DNA of 64,000 nt. Source: a virus. The DNA is taken from positions 16,612-80,611 of the IMG/VR virus record IMGVR_UViG_3300029813_000255. One strand, 5' to 3'. Made by a program: the position numbers and the translations under genes. Positions 1 to 10,498 of the stretch are shown here, piece by piece. Positions within the stretch are counted from its first letter, which is position 1; each line of letters opens with the position of its first letter. The notes beneath the pieces are model-generated. The model was not told the origin of the DNA and did no database searches. It worked only from the letters and a program-made list of their open reading frames with translations.

Positions 1-1305
1 AGATTAGAAATAGCGTCTGACTGTCCTTTTTTCAGTCCAATTATAAGAACAGAATTGGAAGCATTGTACGATAATGAGTTGGAATGTGAGTTTGAATCTA
101 TAAGGTATCAAGCAGTGGGCAATGATTTTTCTGTCCTAAGACGACAAGAACAGGTATGTCCTTACTATCAACAATATCAAGAGTACGGGACATCAGATGT
201 CGTCTTGATGAATTCAGCAATTTGGATGCTTGAGACTCTATCACTTAAAAGAAAGTCTGTAAAGCCAGTTGAAATAATTGACGAAGGTGATGCCTTTTTG
301 GATAGTCTTTCTCTAAAGAAGTCTATCAGTTACAGGCTGCTTGATGGCATAGCAGAGAAGCTGATTAAAGATAAGACAATTGGACAAGAAGAGATAGAAA
401 CTTTTACAGTAATCAAGAATCTGTTCAATGAAGTCACAAAAATAAATTATGAAGGTGATATTAGAGAAGACGAAAAGGAGTTTCTGGAGCAATTTGTAGA
501 GTTTTTAGTTGATATAAGCGATGAAAACAGCGGTAAATATTCAGATATACTTGAGTTTTTGGACGTGTGTTATGTATCAATCAAGGATAGACAAATTGAA
601 TATTTCATACCAGAGCCAAAGATAGTTGTTAAGAGACTGTTAGGTTTGAGTGCTAAGAAGATGTTGTTTATGTCTGCTACGTTCCAATCAGAGAAAATTC
701 TTGAAGATATTTTTGGCTTTGATAATTTCTGCTTTATCGAAGGTGAGCCAAAGTTTCCTGGTACGGTATATCCGAAGCGATTAGAAACTGAACGTAGAGT
801 TACTTATAAAAATTGGAAGCATAAGGAGTTTAAGAATCTTTATTGGAGAAACCTAATTAATGCAATTAAGCAGTCCACAAAACCATGTATGATACCAGTT
901 CACGCTTTTAAGTACCTACCTGAAGCTATTCGTGAAAAGTTGGGAGGGCAAGGAACATTGAGAACAAAAGATGGAAATATTACATTTTCAACAGTAATGA
1001 AACGAGGCGTGGACTTGAAGGATGATCAGTGTAGAAGTATTGTAATGCTTAAATTTCCATTTCCAAACATGCAGGAACCGATCCTAAAGGCGATGCGACT
1101 GAAATTAGGCGATGAAAATTTCTGGCGGTATTATCACGACATTGCTAAGCGGGAGTTCATACAGACAATAGGAAGAGGTGTGAGACACAAAGATGACTGG
1201 GTTGAATTGTGGTCACCAGATCGAACAGTTCTGGGCTTTCTTGAGAATTTATGGAAAGGTAAGATTGATTGGAATGGAAAGGAGCAATTAAAAGTAGAGA
1301 TATAG
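1..1305 (+). CDS. XPD/DinG (Rad3)-family SF2 helicase, 5'-truncated at window edge
   Basis: Frame open from base 1; CPYY (FeS cysteine), IIDEGD (motif II), MSAT (III), RGVDL (V), KFPFP, QTIGRGVRHKDD (VI). Confidence 0.85.
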   Translation, partial: RLEIASDCPFFSPIIRTELEALYDNELECEFESIRYQAVGNDFSVLRRQEQVCPYYQQYQEYGTSDVVLMNSAIWMLETLSLKRKSVKPVEIIDEGDAFLDSLSLKKSISYRLLDGIAEKLIKDKTIGQEEIETFTVIKNLFNEVTKINYEGDIREDEKEFLEQFVEFLVDISDENSGKYSDILEFLDVCYVSIKDRQIEYFIPEPKIVVKRLLGLSAKKMLFMSATFQSEKILEDIFGFDNFCFIEGEPKFPGTVYPKRLETERRVTYKNWKHKEFKNLYWRNLINAIKQSTKPCMIPVHAFKYLPEAIREKLGGQGTLRTKDGNITFSTVMKRGVDLKDDQCRSIVMLKFPFPNMQEPILKAMRLKLGDENFWRYYHDIAKREFIQTIGRGVRHKDDWVELWSPDRTVLGFLENLWKGKIDWNGKEQLKVEI

Positions 1306-1308
1306 AAA

Positions 1309-1686
1309 ATGATAGAAAAGAAAATAGTACTATCATTAATGATAGTACTATTTGTGATATTTATATATGTAGTAATTTCCATTATTACATACCCAACCGA
1401 AGATTTGATAGCATACGAATGTCCAGAAGACAATAAAGTGCAATTTGAAGACCATAAAGTTATGTATGTTGTAGTAGATATGCAGTCAAGACCCTGTAAG
1501 GATATGCTAATTGAAATTATTTGTAATAGTAAAATACAACACAATGTTACACAAATTGATGGTAGTTGTTTATTTAGACAGAGTGGATATTCTAACTACA
1601 CGATAAGAGTTTATAACAAAACTATGAGTGCGCAGAAAGAGTTTAATATATATCCACTTAAAGCTTGTTATTTGCTTGTTACGTGA
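1309..1686 (+). CDS. Small membrane-anchored hypothetical protein
   Basis: N-terminal hydrophobic helix followed by a soluble domain. Confidence 0.55.
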   Translation: MIEKKIVLSLMIVLFVIFIYVVISIITYPTEDLIAYECPEDNKVQFEDHKVMYVVVDMQSRPCKDMLIEIICNSKIQHNVTQIDGSCLFRQSGYSNYTIRVYNKTMSAQKEFNIYPLKACYLLVT

Positions 1687-1717
1687 TAGATACAACAAAA
1701 GAAAAAGAGCAAAAATA

Positions 1718-2443
1718 ATGCGTACCATCACAAACACTATCCAAACTACTTTTTCATCAAGCTTGGAGACGCGAGCTTTATATTTGTATGATTGCTATGT
1801 CGGTATAAGTAAAAATAACAAACATGGCAATTACCTTGATGTGGGATGTGGTTATGGAGTTAATTCATCTATTTTCGGACAAGACTTTAATACCGTTTCT
1901 TGTCTCGATCTTAGTACTGAAAATTTGAATGAATGCAGAAGACGTATCACTTCGGAGAACAATAAAAAATCATTCTTTATAAGAGGTGATGCGCAGTCAC
2001 TACCTTTCAAACCCGATTGTTTTGATTTAATTTCAGCTTTCTCACTTATTGAGCATGTCACAGATAAACGAGCAATGCTAAGTAATCTTTTAAGTGTGTT
2101 AAAGAAAGATGGCGAGCTTGTGCTTCAATTTCCAAATAAGTATTTCTTTGTGGAGTTACATACAGGCTTACCTGTTTATTTTATTGTCCCATCTTTTATA
2201 AAACCTTGGTTTCTTAGGAAAATAGGCTATGAGAGACTGTTGGAGATAAATATTCCTACGATAAAAGAGATAAAAAGGATAATAGAAGGTTTAAGTGTTT
2301 CAGTCACGATAAGAAAATCTAAGGTGATATATCCAATAGAAACGATTCCGCGTGAATTGAGGTGGATATACAGAATTTTGAAAAAGCTAAAAGTACTGGA
2401 TTTAGTACCTATGGGATGGATAGTATGTATTAGGAAAGCCTGA
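1718..2443 (+). CDS. Class I SAM-dependent methyltransferase (Methyltransf_11-like)
   Basis: YLDVGCGYG motif I, GDAQSLPF, FDLISAFSLIEHV; start moved to ATG 1718. Confidence 0.85.
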   Translation: MRTITNTIQTTFSSSLETRALYLYDCYVGISKNNKHGNYLDVGCGYGVNSSIFGQDFNTVSCLDLSTENLNECRRRITSENNKKSFFIRGDAQSLPFKPDCFDLISAFSLIEHVTDKRAMLSNLLSVLKKDGELVLQFPNKYFFVELHTGLPVYFIVPSFIKPWFLRKIGYERLLEINIPTIKEIKRIIEGLSVSVTIRKSKVIYPIETIPRELRWIYRILKKLKVLDLVPMGWIVCIRKA

Positions 2444-2657
2444 AAGGTAATTTTTCAGACTACAAAGGAGAAAAAAAATGATAGAAAAAATATTGTTATA
2501 TATATTTATGGCGATGTGGGTAGGTAGTATAATTAGTTGCTTTACAATAGGAGTTCTTATGGAAGATCATAAAAAGTTAGAAAAAAATGCAATATTACCT
2601 GTAATTATCGGTATAATAACAACTTTTGTGATAACAACACAATGGTGGTAAAAACAA

Positions 2658-3647
2658 ATGAAAACAAAAATAGCGTTTGTATATTATGGAGATAGTACAT
2701 TCGTAGAACAGGACTATAATATCCTATCTAAGTCCTTTGAAGTTCGTAAAGTGCAATTTGCTGGTATCAAGAGTATTTACGATATATACAAAGCAACGAA
2801 GTGGGCAGATGTATCTTTCTGCTGGTTTGCGGATGTGTGGTCATTCATTGCAGTTGTATCTGCGAAACTATTAAAAAAGAAGTCAGTTGTAGTTATAGGT
2901 GGTTATGATGTTGAATGTGTAAAAGAGATTGAATACGGCATGTGTACAAAACCGTGGTGGCGTAGGTGGATGCGTACTTACACATTAAAGAACGCTACAA
3001 TGCTTTTAGCGGTATCTGAATACACAGCACAAAAAACGCACCTGTTTGTTTATAAAGATGCACGTAAACTAAGTGTTGTTTACAACGGTATAAATATAAA
3101 CTATTTTGTACCAAAAGGCAAAAAAGAAAATATTGTATTAACGGTTGCTTCGGGTGGCAACAATGATATAATCAGATTAAAAGGGCTTGATACTTTTGTC
3201 AAAATTGCAAAATACGTACGGAATACAAAATTTGTTGTAGTGGGATTAGATGAGAAAACCAGATACGAATTAAGTAAAATAGCTATTAGCGATAACATAA
3301 AACTATTAGGTAAGCTTCCGCAAGATGAACTTCTAAAATGGTATCAACGTGCAAAAGTGTATTGTCAACTATCTAAAGTAGAGAGTTTTGGTATGTCGTT
3401 AGCAGAAGCAATGTCGTGTGGATGTGTACCTGTTGTTCATGGTGTAGGTGGAATGCCAGAAGTGGAATGTCATACAGGAATTGAAGTAATGTTAGTTGCG
3501 AATTCTAAAATGGTTGCACATAGTATACGTGAAGCATTACATATAGCAAATGATTTAAAAGGAGTAGAAGCAAGAGAACACATACAATATTGTTTTTCTA
3601 TTGAAGAACGCGAACGGAAATTAGTACAAATATTGGAGGAAATATAA
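2658..3647 (+). CDS. GT4-family (GT-B) glycosyltransferase
   Basis: AVSEYT, VYNGI, KGLD, ESFGMSLAEAMSCGCVPV (EX7E). Confidence 0.92.
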   Translation: MKTKIAFVYYGDSTFVEQDYNILSKSFEVRKVQFAGIKSIYDIYKATKWADVSFCWFADVWSFIAVVSAKLLKKKSVVVIGGYDVECVKEIEYGMCTKPWWRRWMRTYTLKNATMLLAVSEYTAQKTHLFVYKDARKLSVVYNGININYFVPKGKKENIVLTVASGGNNDIIRLKGLDTFVKIAKYVRNTKFVVVGLDEKTRYELSKIAISDNIKLLGKLPQDELLKWYQRAKVYCQLSKVESFGMSLAEAMSCGCVPVVHGVGGMPEVECHTGIEVMLVANSKMVAHSIREALHIANDLKGVEAREHIQYCFSIEERERKLVQILEEI

Positions 3648-3648
3648 A

Positions 3649-4698
3649 ATGAAACCGTTAGTAAGTATAGTCATACCTGCTTTTAATGCCGAAAAATACA
3701 TAAGAGAAGCCGTGCTCTCTGTATATAAACAATATTATTCACCTTTTGAAGTTATTGTGGTTAATGACGGATCAACTGATAAAACAAAAGAATTTTTGTT
3801 AGATTCAGAGATGTTGCAAGTAACGGGTGATACATTGAACGTAATAGAATTGCCTAAAAACGAAGGCGCCGGAAATGCTTTGCGAGTCGGTTTTGAAGCA
3901 GCTAAAGGTGATTATGTGTGTTGGCTTTCAGCAGACGATAAATTTGTGGATGTAAATAAAACAAAGAAACAAGTAAAAGTAATGCAACAAACAAATGCCG
4001 ACTGGTCGTACTATCCACAATTTCAAATGGGTGCAACAGTTAAGGATTCTAAGAAGGTAGTATCGCATTGCATTCCACACATTTCGTTCTTAGACGATAA
4101 AATCGAACGTGATAGCGGACTACTTTTCTTATCGTTATTATTTCACAATCCTATAAACGGCAGTACAACAATGTTCAAACGTGAAACTCTCAAAAACTTC
4201 GGTACTTTTGATAGCACTTTGAAACGCGCGGATGCTGATGGTGATCTTTGGCTACGATATGCTGTTTTAGGTGCAAAAGTAGTACGTGTAGAAGGAGGTT
4301 CGATTTTATATCGTACTCATTCCGCACAACTATCTAAAGATACAGAAGCGATGCTTTATGGTACAGAAATAACAAGATGTCGTGCTTTGAAATCAATCGA
4401 AGATACTACTTATTGTTTTGATGCTCTCTTAAATAAAAACAAATGGTTGCTATATGGTATGTTTACATTGCAACAATATAAGAAACGTCCTTTTGTGAGT
4501 AGAATGTTATGTTTACATGTGATAAGACATAGTGCGATGTACTCTTCTATGTTTGTGCGGTTTTGTGATAAGATTTTTAGAAAAGTGGATATGTACATTG
4601 AAAACATTCTTGATTGGGCACGATTTGAATGTGAATTAGAAAGAGCGATGGTATCGGATGAATACAAAAAGCATTTAGAGAGATTTAACAACAAATGA
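3649..4698 (+). CDS. GT2-family (GT-A) glycosyltransferase
   Basis: VSIVIPAFN, VVNDGSTD, WLSADD, DGDLWLR. Confidence 0.92.
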   Translation: MKPLVSIVIPAFNAEKYIREAVLSVYKQYYSPFEVIVVNDGSTDKTKEFLLDSEMLQVTGDTLNVIELPKNEGAGNALRVGFEAAKGDYVCWLSADDKFVDVNKTKKQVKVMQQTNADWSYYPQFQMGATVKDSKKVVSHCIPHISFLDDKIERDSGLLFLSLLFHNPINGSTTMFKRETLKNFGTFDSTLKRADADGDLWLRYAVLGAKVVRVEGGSILYRTHSAQLSKDTEAMLYGTEITRCRALKSIEDTTYCFDALLNKNKWLLYGMFTLQQYKKRPFVSRMLCLHVIRHSAMYSSMFVRFCDKIFRKVDMYIENILDWARFECELERAMVSDEYKKHLERFNNK

Positions 4699-5678
4699 AG
4701 AAAATACTAAGTATCATAGGAAACCGACCGAACACACTCAAATGGAGTGTATTATCACTTGAACTACGAAAAGTGTTTAAAGAAGTGGTTATTCACACGG
4801 GACAGCATTACGATTACAATATGGATGGTAGCTTCTTTAAAGATATGCACTTAAGTAAACCAGATTACTTCTTAGAAGTGGGGTCGGCGACACACGGTAA
4901 ACAAACGGGAGAGATGCTATCACAAATCGAAGCTATTTTATTGCAAGAAGAGCCAGATTGTGCTATTGTCTTCGGAGATACAAACACAACTTTAGCGGGT
5001 GCGTTAGCAGCGTCTAAGCTAAACATAAAAGTAGCGCATGTAGAAGCGGGGGTGCGGTCTTTTAACATGAAGATGCCAGAAGAGTTGAACCGTGTATTAG
5101 TAGACAACTCTTCAGATTACTTGTTTTGTCCTACACAAAAAGCGTTGTTCAATTTAGAATACATGGAAGGTAAGAAACATCTTTGTTACTGTGGAGATGT
5201 TCTGGTGGATTTAGTACATAAATATGCGTTTACTAACCATTCTGATATATTAAATGAGTTAAATACCAAAAGAGGGAAATATTATGTTGTTACAATACAC
5301 AGAGAGGAGAATACAACACAAAAAGAGCATTTTGAAAACATCATTAAAGATTTGTTTGGTTTGAAGTTTCCTGTTATTTTTCCATGTCATCCCCGTACAT
5401 ATAAGAAGATCGTGGAATGGGACTTGTTAGATGAATGGTTTTTTCATGACGTTTGTGTCTATGAACCATTAAGTTACACAGACATGCTCTATTTAATACA
5501 AAACGCGAGACGTGTATACACGGATTCCGGTGGTGTGCAACGTGAAGCACTTATCTTAGATGTGCCATGTACGGTATTACGAAAAGAAACCGAATGGGAC
5601 GGTTTGAAAGACGATCATATGTTTAACAAAACAGGTGCATGTAAAGCTATTGTCACGACTTTAAAGGAGGTGTTATAA
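4695..5678 (+). CDS. wecB: UDP-N-acetylglucosamine 2-epimerase (non-hydrolysing)
   Basis: HTGQHYD, GDTNTTLAGA, HVEAGVRS, MPEELNR, TDSGGVQREA. Confidence 0.93.
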   Translation: MKKILSIIGNRPNTLKWSVLSLELRKVFKEVVIHTGQHYDYNMDGSFFKDMHLSKPDYFLEVGSATHGKQTGEMLSQIEAILLQEEPDCAIVFGDTNTTLAGALAASKLNIKVAHVEAGVRSFNMKMPEELNRVLVDNSSDYLFCPTQKALFNLEYMEGKKHLCYCGDVLVDLVHKYAFTNHSDILNELNTKRGKYYVVTIHREENTTQKEHFENIIKDLFGLKFPVIFPCHPRTYKKIVEWDLLDEWFFHDVCVYEPLSYTDMLYLIQNARRVYTDSGGVQREALILDVPCTVLRKETEWDGLKDDHMFNKTGACKAIVTTLKEVL

Positions 5679-6899
5679 GTGAAAATCGTATTGATTAATC
5701 CACCAAGTCAATATTTAGAGAATGACGCTGCATATCCGCCAATGGGTTTGATGTATTTGGCTACACCTTTAGAAAAAGCAGGGCATGAAGTAGAGATATT
5801 GGATTTGACAGCTACAGTAAATTGGAAGCAAAAAGTACAATCGGTAGAAGCGGATTTGTTTGGTATCACCTGCGTTACTCCTAACTATCCAACAGTAAAA
5901 GAGATATGCCATTTATTGCCTGGAGAAATACCGAAAATGGTTGGCGGTGCACATCCTACTTTTATGCCGTATGATGTATTTAACGATTTAAAAGGATGTA
6001 CTGTGGTAAAAGGTGAAGCAGACAATATGATAGTAGATATAGTAAATGATGTCAAAGAAGGTAATCTTTTCGGTATTTATAACGGCATCCCTAATAAACC
6101 TGCACGCCACTTTTTAGCTAACAAACCTGCACGCCACTTAGTAGATTTACATAAATATACTCCAGGTGGAGAGAAGGCAACACCTGTTTATACTTCACGG
6201 GGATGTCCATATAATTGTACTTTTTGCTCAAAAATCACTGGAAACTATCCTCATATGTTTCATATTTCTCAGATAATTGGAGAAATAGAAGAGGTAAAAG
6301 AGATAGGATTTAATAATATTGTATTTGGCGATGACAATATAGCAGCACGTCCTTTGCATCTAAAAGCGTTATTGGGAGCAGTAGTGCCGTTAGATATAAC
6401 ATTTAGGTTGAATATGGATTCACGTCATATTACAACGGATATGCTTAAACAAGCAAAAGAAGCAGGTTGCACAGAAATAAGCATGGGTATTGAATCCGGT
6501 AGTCAAAAAATGTTAAACGCTATGAATAAACAAACAATAGTAGAAAGAAACAAAAGAGCAATAGAAATGATAAAAGAAGCAGAGATCGTAGCGAAAGCGT
6601 ATTTCATGGTGAATTTTCCGGGCGAAACCGAAACCACAGTACAAGAAACTATAGACTTCATACGAGGAACACAACCAGATAAAAGCTTTCTTTCCGCGTT
6701 TGCACCGCTTCCAGGTAGCTACGTATTTAAGCATCCTGCAGAATATGGTATCACGTGGATGTCATCGGATTGGAGTGATTACTATTTAGTGGGTAAAGAA
6801 TTCGTACCATGTTTTATGTCTGAAGGATTAAGTATTAGAAATCAAACACGTTTTTATCAGACTTTACAGTGCGCAATTGAAATGGAGGAACAAAAATGA
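5679..6899 (+). CDS. Cobalamin-binding radical SAM protein (class B methylase-like)
   Basis: PPMGLMYLA and VGGAHPT B12-binding region; SRGCPYNCTFC (CX3CX2C); GIESGSQ, PGET. Confidence 0.9.
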   Translation: MKIVLINPPSQYLENDAAYPPMGLMYLATPLEKAGHEVEILDLTATVNWKQKVQSVEADLFGITCVTPNYPTVKEICHLLPGEIPKMVGGAHPTFMPYDVFNDLKGCTVVKGEADNMIVDIVNDVKEGNLFGIYNGIPNKPARHFLANKPARHLVDLHKYTPGGEKATPVYTSRGCPYNCTFCSKITGNYPHMFHISQIIGEIEEVKEIGFNNIVFGDDNIAARPLHLKALLGAVVPLDITFRLNMDSRHITTDMLKQAKEAGCTEISMGIESGSQKMLNAMNKQTIVERNKRAIEMIKEAEIVAKAYFMVNFPGETETTVQETIDFIRGTQPDKSFLSAFAPLPGSYVFKHPAEYGITWMSSDWSDYYLVGKEFVPCFMSEGLSIRNQTRFYQTLQCAIEMEEQK

Positions 6900-7819
6900 A
6901 AAAAATCTTAGTATTGGGTGGTGCAGGAGTAGTAGGACGACATTTAGTACGTGCATTACGAGAGATAGATGAATATGAAGTGTGGGTTTTTGATCGTGTG
7001 AGGAAAACCGAAGAGAATTACATTCGAGGTGACATTGTAGATTATTATAGTATATCGAAAGCGTTTAGTCGAGTGCAACCAGATATAGTAGTGCATTTGG
7101 CGGGTATGGTCTCACGTTGGGAATGTGAAGAGACACCCATATTAGCTATACAAACAAACATAACAGGTATGTTCAATGTATGTTCACTTTCGTTACGGTA
7201 TGGCGCAAGGTTGCTTTATTCTGGTACCTCAGAGGAATATGGTTCGGAGTTTGAAGACGGTGCAATCGTAACAGAAGAAACTCCTTTGGGTGCGGCAACA
7301 AATGTATATTGTCTAACGAAACGAAATGCAGATGAAATGGTACATTATTTTGCACACGCTAAACAATTAAGAGCAACGACTATGCGGTTCTTTATGTTTT
7401 ATGGTACAGATGATGAACTCACGGACTATCGCTGTGCTATTACGAGATTTGTGCACGATGCACTACAAAACAAAACGTTGTTGGTACATGAAGGCACGGA
7501 ACGTAGTTGGTGTTATATGCCAAATGCGATAGAAGCAATACAAAAGATAATTGAACGTAAGCAAAAAGAAAACTACGAAATATTTAATATTGGTAAAGAA
7601 GACCCTGTTACAGCAGAAGATTTAGCAGAGATGATAATATATCGAGTGGGTGCAGGGAGAATTGAGATGATACCAGCAGAAAGCACAATAACGCCGATAA
7701 AGCGAGGAAGTTTTGAAAAGGCGAAACGAGAATTAGGATGGGAAGCTACTACATATTTAGGTGATGGATTAGACGAAGTAGTTCGATGGATGAAAACGAA
7801 AATCGAAATAAGACTATGA
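6896..7819 (+). CDS. NAD-dependent nucleotide-sugar epimerase/dehydratase (extended SDR)
   Basis: LVLGGAGVVG, VVHLAG, SEEYG, YCLTK (YxxxK). Confidence 0.92.
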   Translation: MKKILVLGGAGVVGRHLVRALREIDEYEVWVFDRVRKTEENYIRGDIVDYYSISKAFSRVQPDIVVHLAGMVSRWECEETPILAIQTNITGMFNVCSLSLRYGARLLYSGTSEEYGSEFEDGAIVTEETPLGAATNVYCLTKRNADEMVHYFAHAKQLRATTMRFFMFYGTDDELTDYRCAITRFVHDALQNKTLLVHEGTERSWCYMPNAIEAIQKIIERKQKENYEIFNIGKEDPVTAEDLAEMIIYRVGAGRIEMIPAESTITPIKRGSFEKAKRELGWEATTYLGDGLDEVVRWMKTKIEIRL

Positions 7820-8142
7820 GACAAATAACTGGTAGGATTTGGTTAGGACGCTTGAAAGTAACATTTACACGTGTAAGTATGTACTTCTCGTATGTTAACT
7901 TTCTTTTATTGATTATGACGTTTTACAGTATAACAGGTTACAAATACGCTTCTTTATGGTTGTTTGCTTTAGTTGGTATAGTTGGTATTATAACTATGGG
8001 ATTGATTGACTATTTTGTTATGCTTCCATCCGAACAGGCTTTTATGAATCAACAGTTTGCACGCCATCAAAATCCAATATATGAAGATGTAAAGTACATC
8101 CGCAACGCTTTAGAAACAAAAAATGAGAAAAAAGATGAATGA
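7816..8142 (+). CDS. Small two-TM membrane protein
   Basis: Two hydrophobic segments; start coupled to the epimerase stop. Confidence 0.55.
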   Translation: MRQITGRIWLGRLKVTFTRVSMYFSYVNFLLLIMTFYSITGYKYASLWLFALVGIVGIITMGLIDYFVMLPSEQAFMNQQFARHQNPIYEDVKYIRNALETKNEKKDE

Positions 8143-8587
8143 ATGTAGAACAGTAAAATCTATTATAGTATATACAAAAACAAACGGATTCTGTACTTTT
8201 CTTAGTTCATATGGATATGTATATGTAAGAGAGAATATTGACAGGATTATTATGTCAGATTGGAAAGATTTTCTACGGTTGGTGTACTGTAACTATACAG
8301 ACTTGAACGGTTATCGTATCGTGGAAAACAATGACTCAATAAAAGTACGTAGGTTTGTAGAAGAGGAGAAGGAGACGTAATAACCAAATGGTACTTCCAA
8401 ATTTAGAAGGGTATTACAAAGAACGTGATAGATTAGTACGGGAAACAGAAATGGACTACATAGATGCTTGCAATTAAGCATGGCGCACAGAAATTGATAA
8501 GAAAAAAGAGAAAGGAACAAGGTATTAATAAAAAAGAAACGTTGGAATCCTTGTTCTTTATTATTTGTGTTGGATTAGTTGGATTAA

Positions 8588-8899
8588 CTAATACCCAGCG
8601 CCTCCACCACCGGTGCCGCCGAATCCACCTCTGATGTAGTATATGATTAGACCAGCCAGAACAGCTATTACTACGATCACCATCATTGACCATCCGGTAT
8701 TCATAATGGCAGTGATTTTTGTGAGTGCCGTATAGAATATACTACCACTCGTTATCTTTGCTATTCCATATATTTCGTTCACAACGTATACGGAGATTAC
8801 ACCTATCACTACAACGAAGAATATACCCATGGCTACGTCCTGTAGTTCTGCCATAGCTTTAACATCTTTGTGGAATTTTTCTATTGTATCTTTTATCAT
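8588..8899 (-). CDS. Putative major capsid protein of spindle-shaped-virus type (two hydrophobic helices) with class III signal peptide
   Basis: Own TATA (8941-8952, - strand) and GGAGGTGA SD (8905-8912) place the start at 8899; leader MIKDTIEKFHKDVKA|MAELQD; mature 88-aa hydrophobic helix-loop-helix with Gly-rich tail; T-rich tract downstream. Confidence 0.65.
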   Translation of the reverse strand: MIKDTIEKFHKDVKAMAELQDVAMGIFFVVVIGVISVYVVNEIYGIAKITSGSIFYTALTKITAIMNTGWSMMVIVVIAVLAGLIIYYIRGGFGGTGGGGAGY

Positions 8900-8962
8900 G
8901 TTGTTCACCTCCGCTTACAAATATATAGAAAAAAACATACTATATAAACTTTTAACAAAAAA

Positions 8963-9559
8963 ATGAAATTCAAAACCCTATTTGCTCTTTTTCTTAGTGC
9001 GTCAATTATTAAACTATTGTTCGCGGCGACCATAAATTCACCGCATATAGTCTTCGATGAGACAATTTTATTTATTGAATCTCAAACTATATGGCACAAT
9101 CACAGTTACTTCGGTGGAAGATTATTTGAATTTCCTCAGTATCCGCCTCTTTATCCTCTGCTTATCAGTCCAACAGCCGTTTTTACTGATGTAGTGCAAT
9201 CTTTTAAAGCGATTTTAGTAATAAACTGTTTTATCTCAAGCACGGTAATCTTTCCTGTGTATTATCTTGCAAAGGAATACCTACCTGAACGCGAAACACA
9301 GTTTACAGTCATCTTGATGTGTATATTACCATCATGTTTTCTCTATTCTTATGCTGTAATGTGTGAGAACTTGTTCGTACCATTATTTTTCTGTTCAATA
9401 TACTTTATAAAGAAGAGCATAGACGAGGATAGTTTCAGAAATAATACTCTAACAGGTGTTTTTATATCACTTACGGTTTTAACAAAACTAACTGGTTTGG
9501 TTCTGGTAGGAGTTTATGTTATAGTTAAAATATTTATGTATTTTAAAAGGATAGAATAA
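8963..9559 (+). CDS. GT-C (ArnT/PMT-like) membrane glycosyltransferase, N-terminal part
   Basis: FDE after TM1, YPPLYPLL, MCENLF, LTKLTG; polytopic. Confidence 0.78.
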   Translation: MKFKTLFALFLSASIIKLLFAATINSPHIVFDETILFIESQTIWHNHSYFGGRLFEFPQYPPLYPLLISPTAVFTDVVQSFKAILVINCFISSTVIFPVYYLAKEYLPERETQFTVILMCILPSCFLYSYAVMCENLFVPLFFCSIYFIKKSIDEDSFRNNTLTGVFISLTVLTKLTGLVLVGVYVIVKIFMYFKRIE

Positions 9560-10498
9560 ATGAAAAATAATACACTTTTTGGACTTCTTATAATCGTTCT
9601 TGTAATCATTATGTACTTCTTTCTAAATGCTTCTCACTATGGTACTTCTTCTCACTCAACCATAACAGGGTATGGAACAGGACGATTTACAACACAATTT
9701 TTTCCGCTTTTACTTGCACAGACTTTGTACCTTTCTCTGGCAGGAGCCGGAATAGCGTTCTTACTTTTTTTCGGTAAGCTCAAACAGTTCAAATTGTTCT
9801 GGTTAATAATTATTAGCTCGTTTATATTCATTGCTTATGCAATGCCTACTATGGGCGTTCACGGACGATATGTGGACGTGTTTGTCCCTTTGATGATAAT
9901 AGGTGCATTTGCATATAAGGAAGGAAATAAACTACGTTTATTGCAAGGTTTTACACTTATTCTCGTATCAATACCAATGTTCTGCTTGTTTTGGAGAGAT
10001 ACAATAAATACTTTCTCTAATATCTATGTACTTATTCCATATATTCAGTATCTCTATGTACCATATATATTTTTAGTGTTTCTTTTTTTGACATCAATGA
10101 CTGTTAAAGATAGAAAGAGAATTGCAACGATAACGTTTGTACTTTTACTCATAACGTTCACAGCGGGAAACGTTACAAACTTTCAATATCTTAATCAAGC
10201 TTCGGATAACGCTTACGAGCACAGTTTAATAGGAAGGTATATCAATGAAAACAAGAACGTTGACGTAACCTTTGACAAGGATAACTTTGAAGATTGGTGG
10301 GGCACGTACTGTTTACTGAATTACTACAACTCAGGATACATACCAGTGGAAGATACTGAAAACATGACAGGCAACTACTTCATTTCGTCAAAGACACTGC
10401 CTTGCGATGTATTAGTAACAAATAAAAAATTCTGTTTAGTAGAAGAAGATAATAGTACAGAACTGTTATATCTATATAGGATAGGAAGAAAATGCTAA
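9560..10498 (+). CDS. Polytopic membrane protein, probable C-terminal part of the GT-C glycosyltransferase
   Basis: In-frame TAA-ATG junction with the preceding ORF; HGRYVDVFVP (RY motif of GT-C C-halves); soluble C-terminal domain. Confidence 0.6.
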   Translation: MKNNTLFGLLIIVLVIIMYFFLNASHYGTSSHSTITGYGTGRFTTQFFPLLLAQTLYLSLAGAGIAFLLFFGKLKQFKLFWLIIISSFIFIAYAMPTMGVHGRYVDVFVPLMIIGAFAYKEGNKLRLLQGFTLILVSIPMFCLFWRDTINTFSNIYVLIPYIQYLYVPYIFLVFLFLTSMTVKDRKRIATITFVLLLITFTAGNVTNFQYLNQASDNAYEHSLIGRYINENKNVDVTFDKDNFEDWWGTYCLLNYYNSGYIPVEDTENMTGNYFISSKTLPCDVLVTNKKFCLVEEDNSTELLYLYRIGRKC

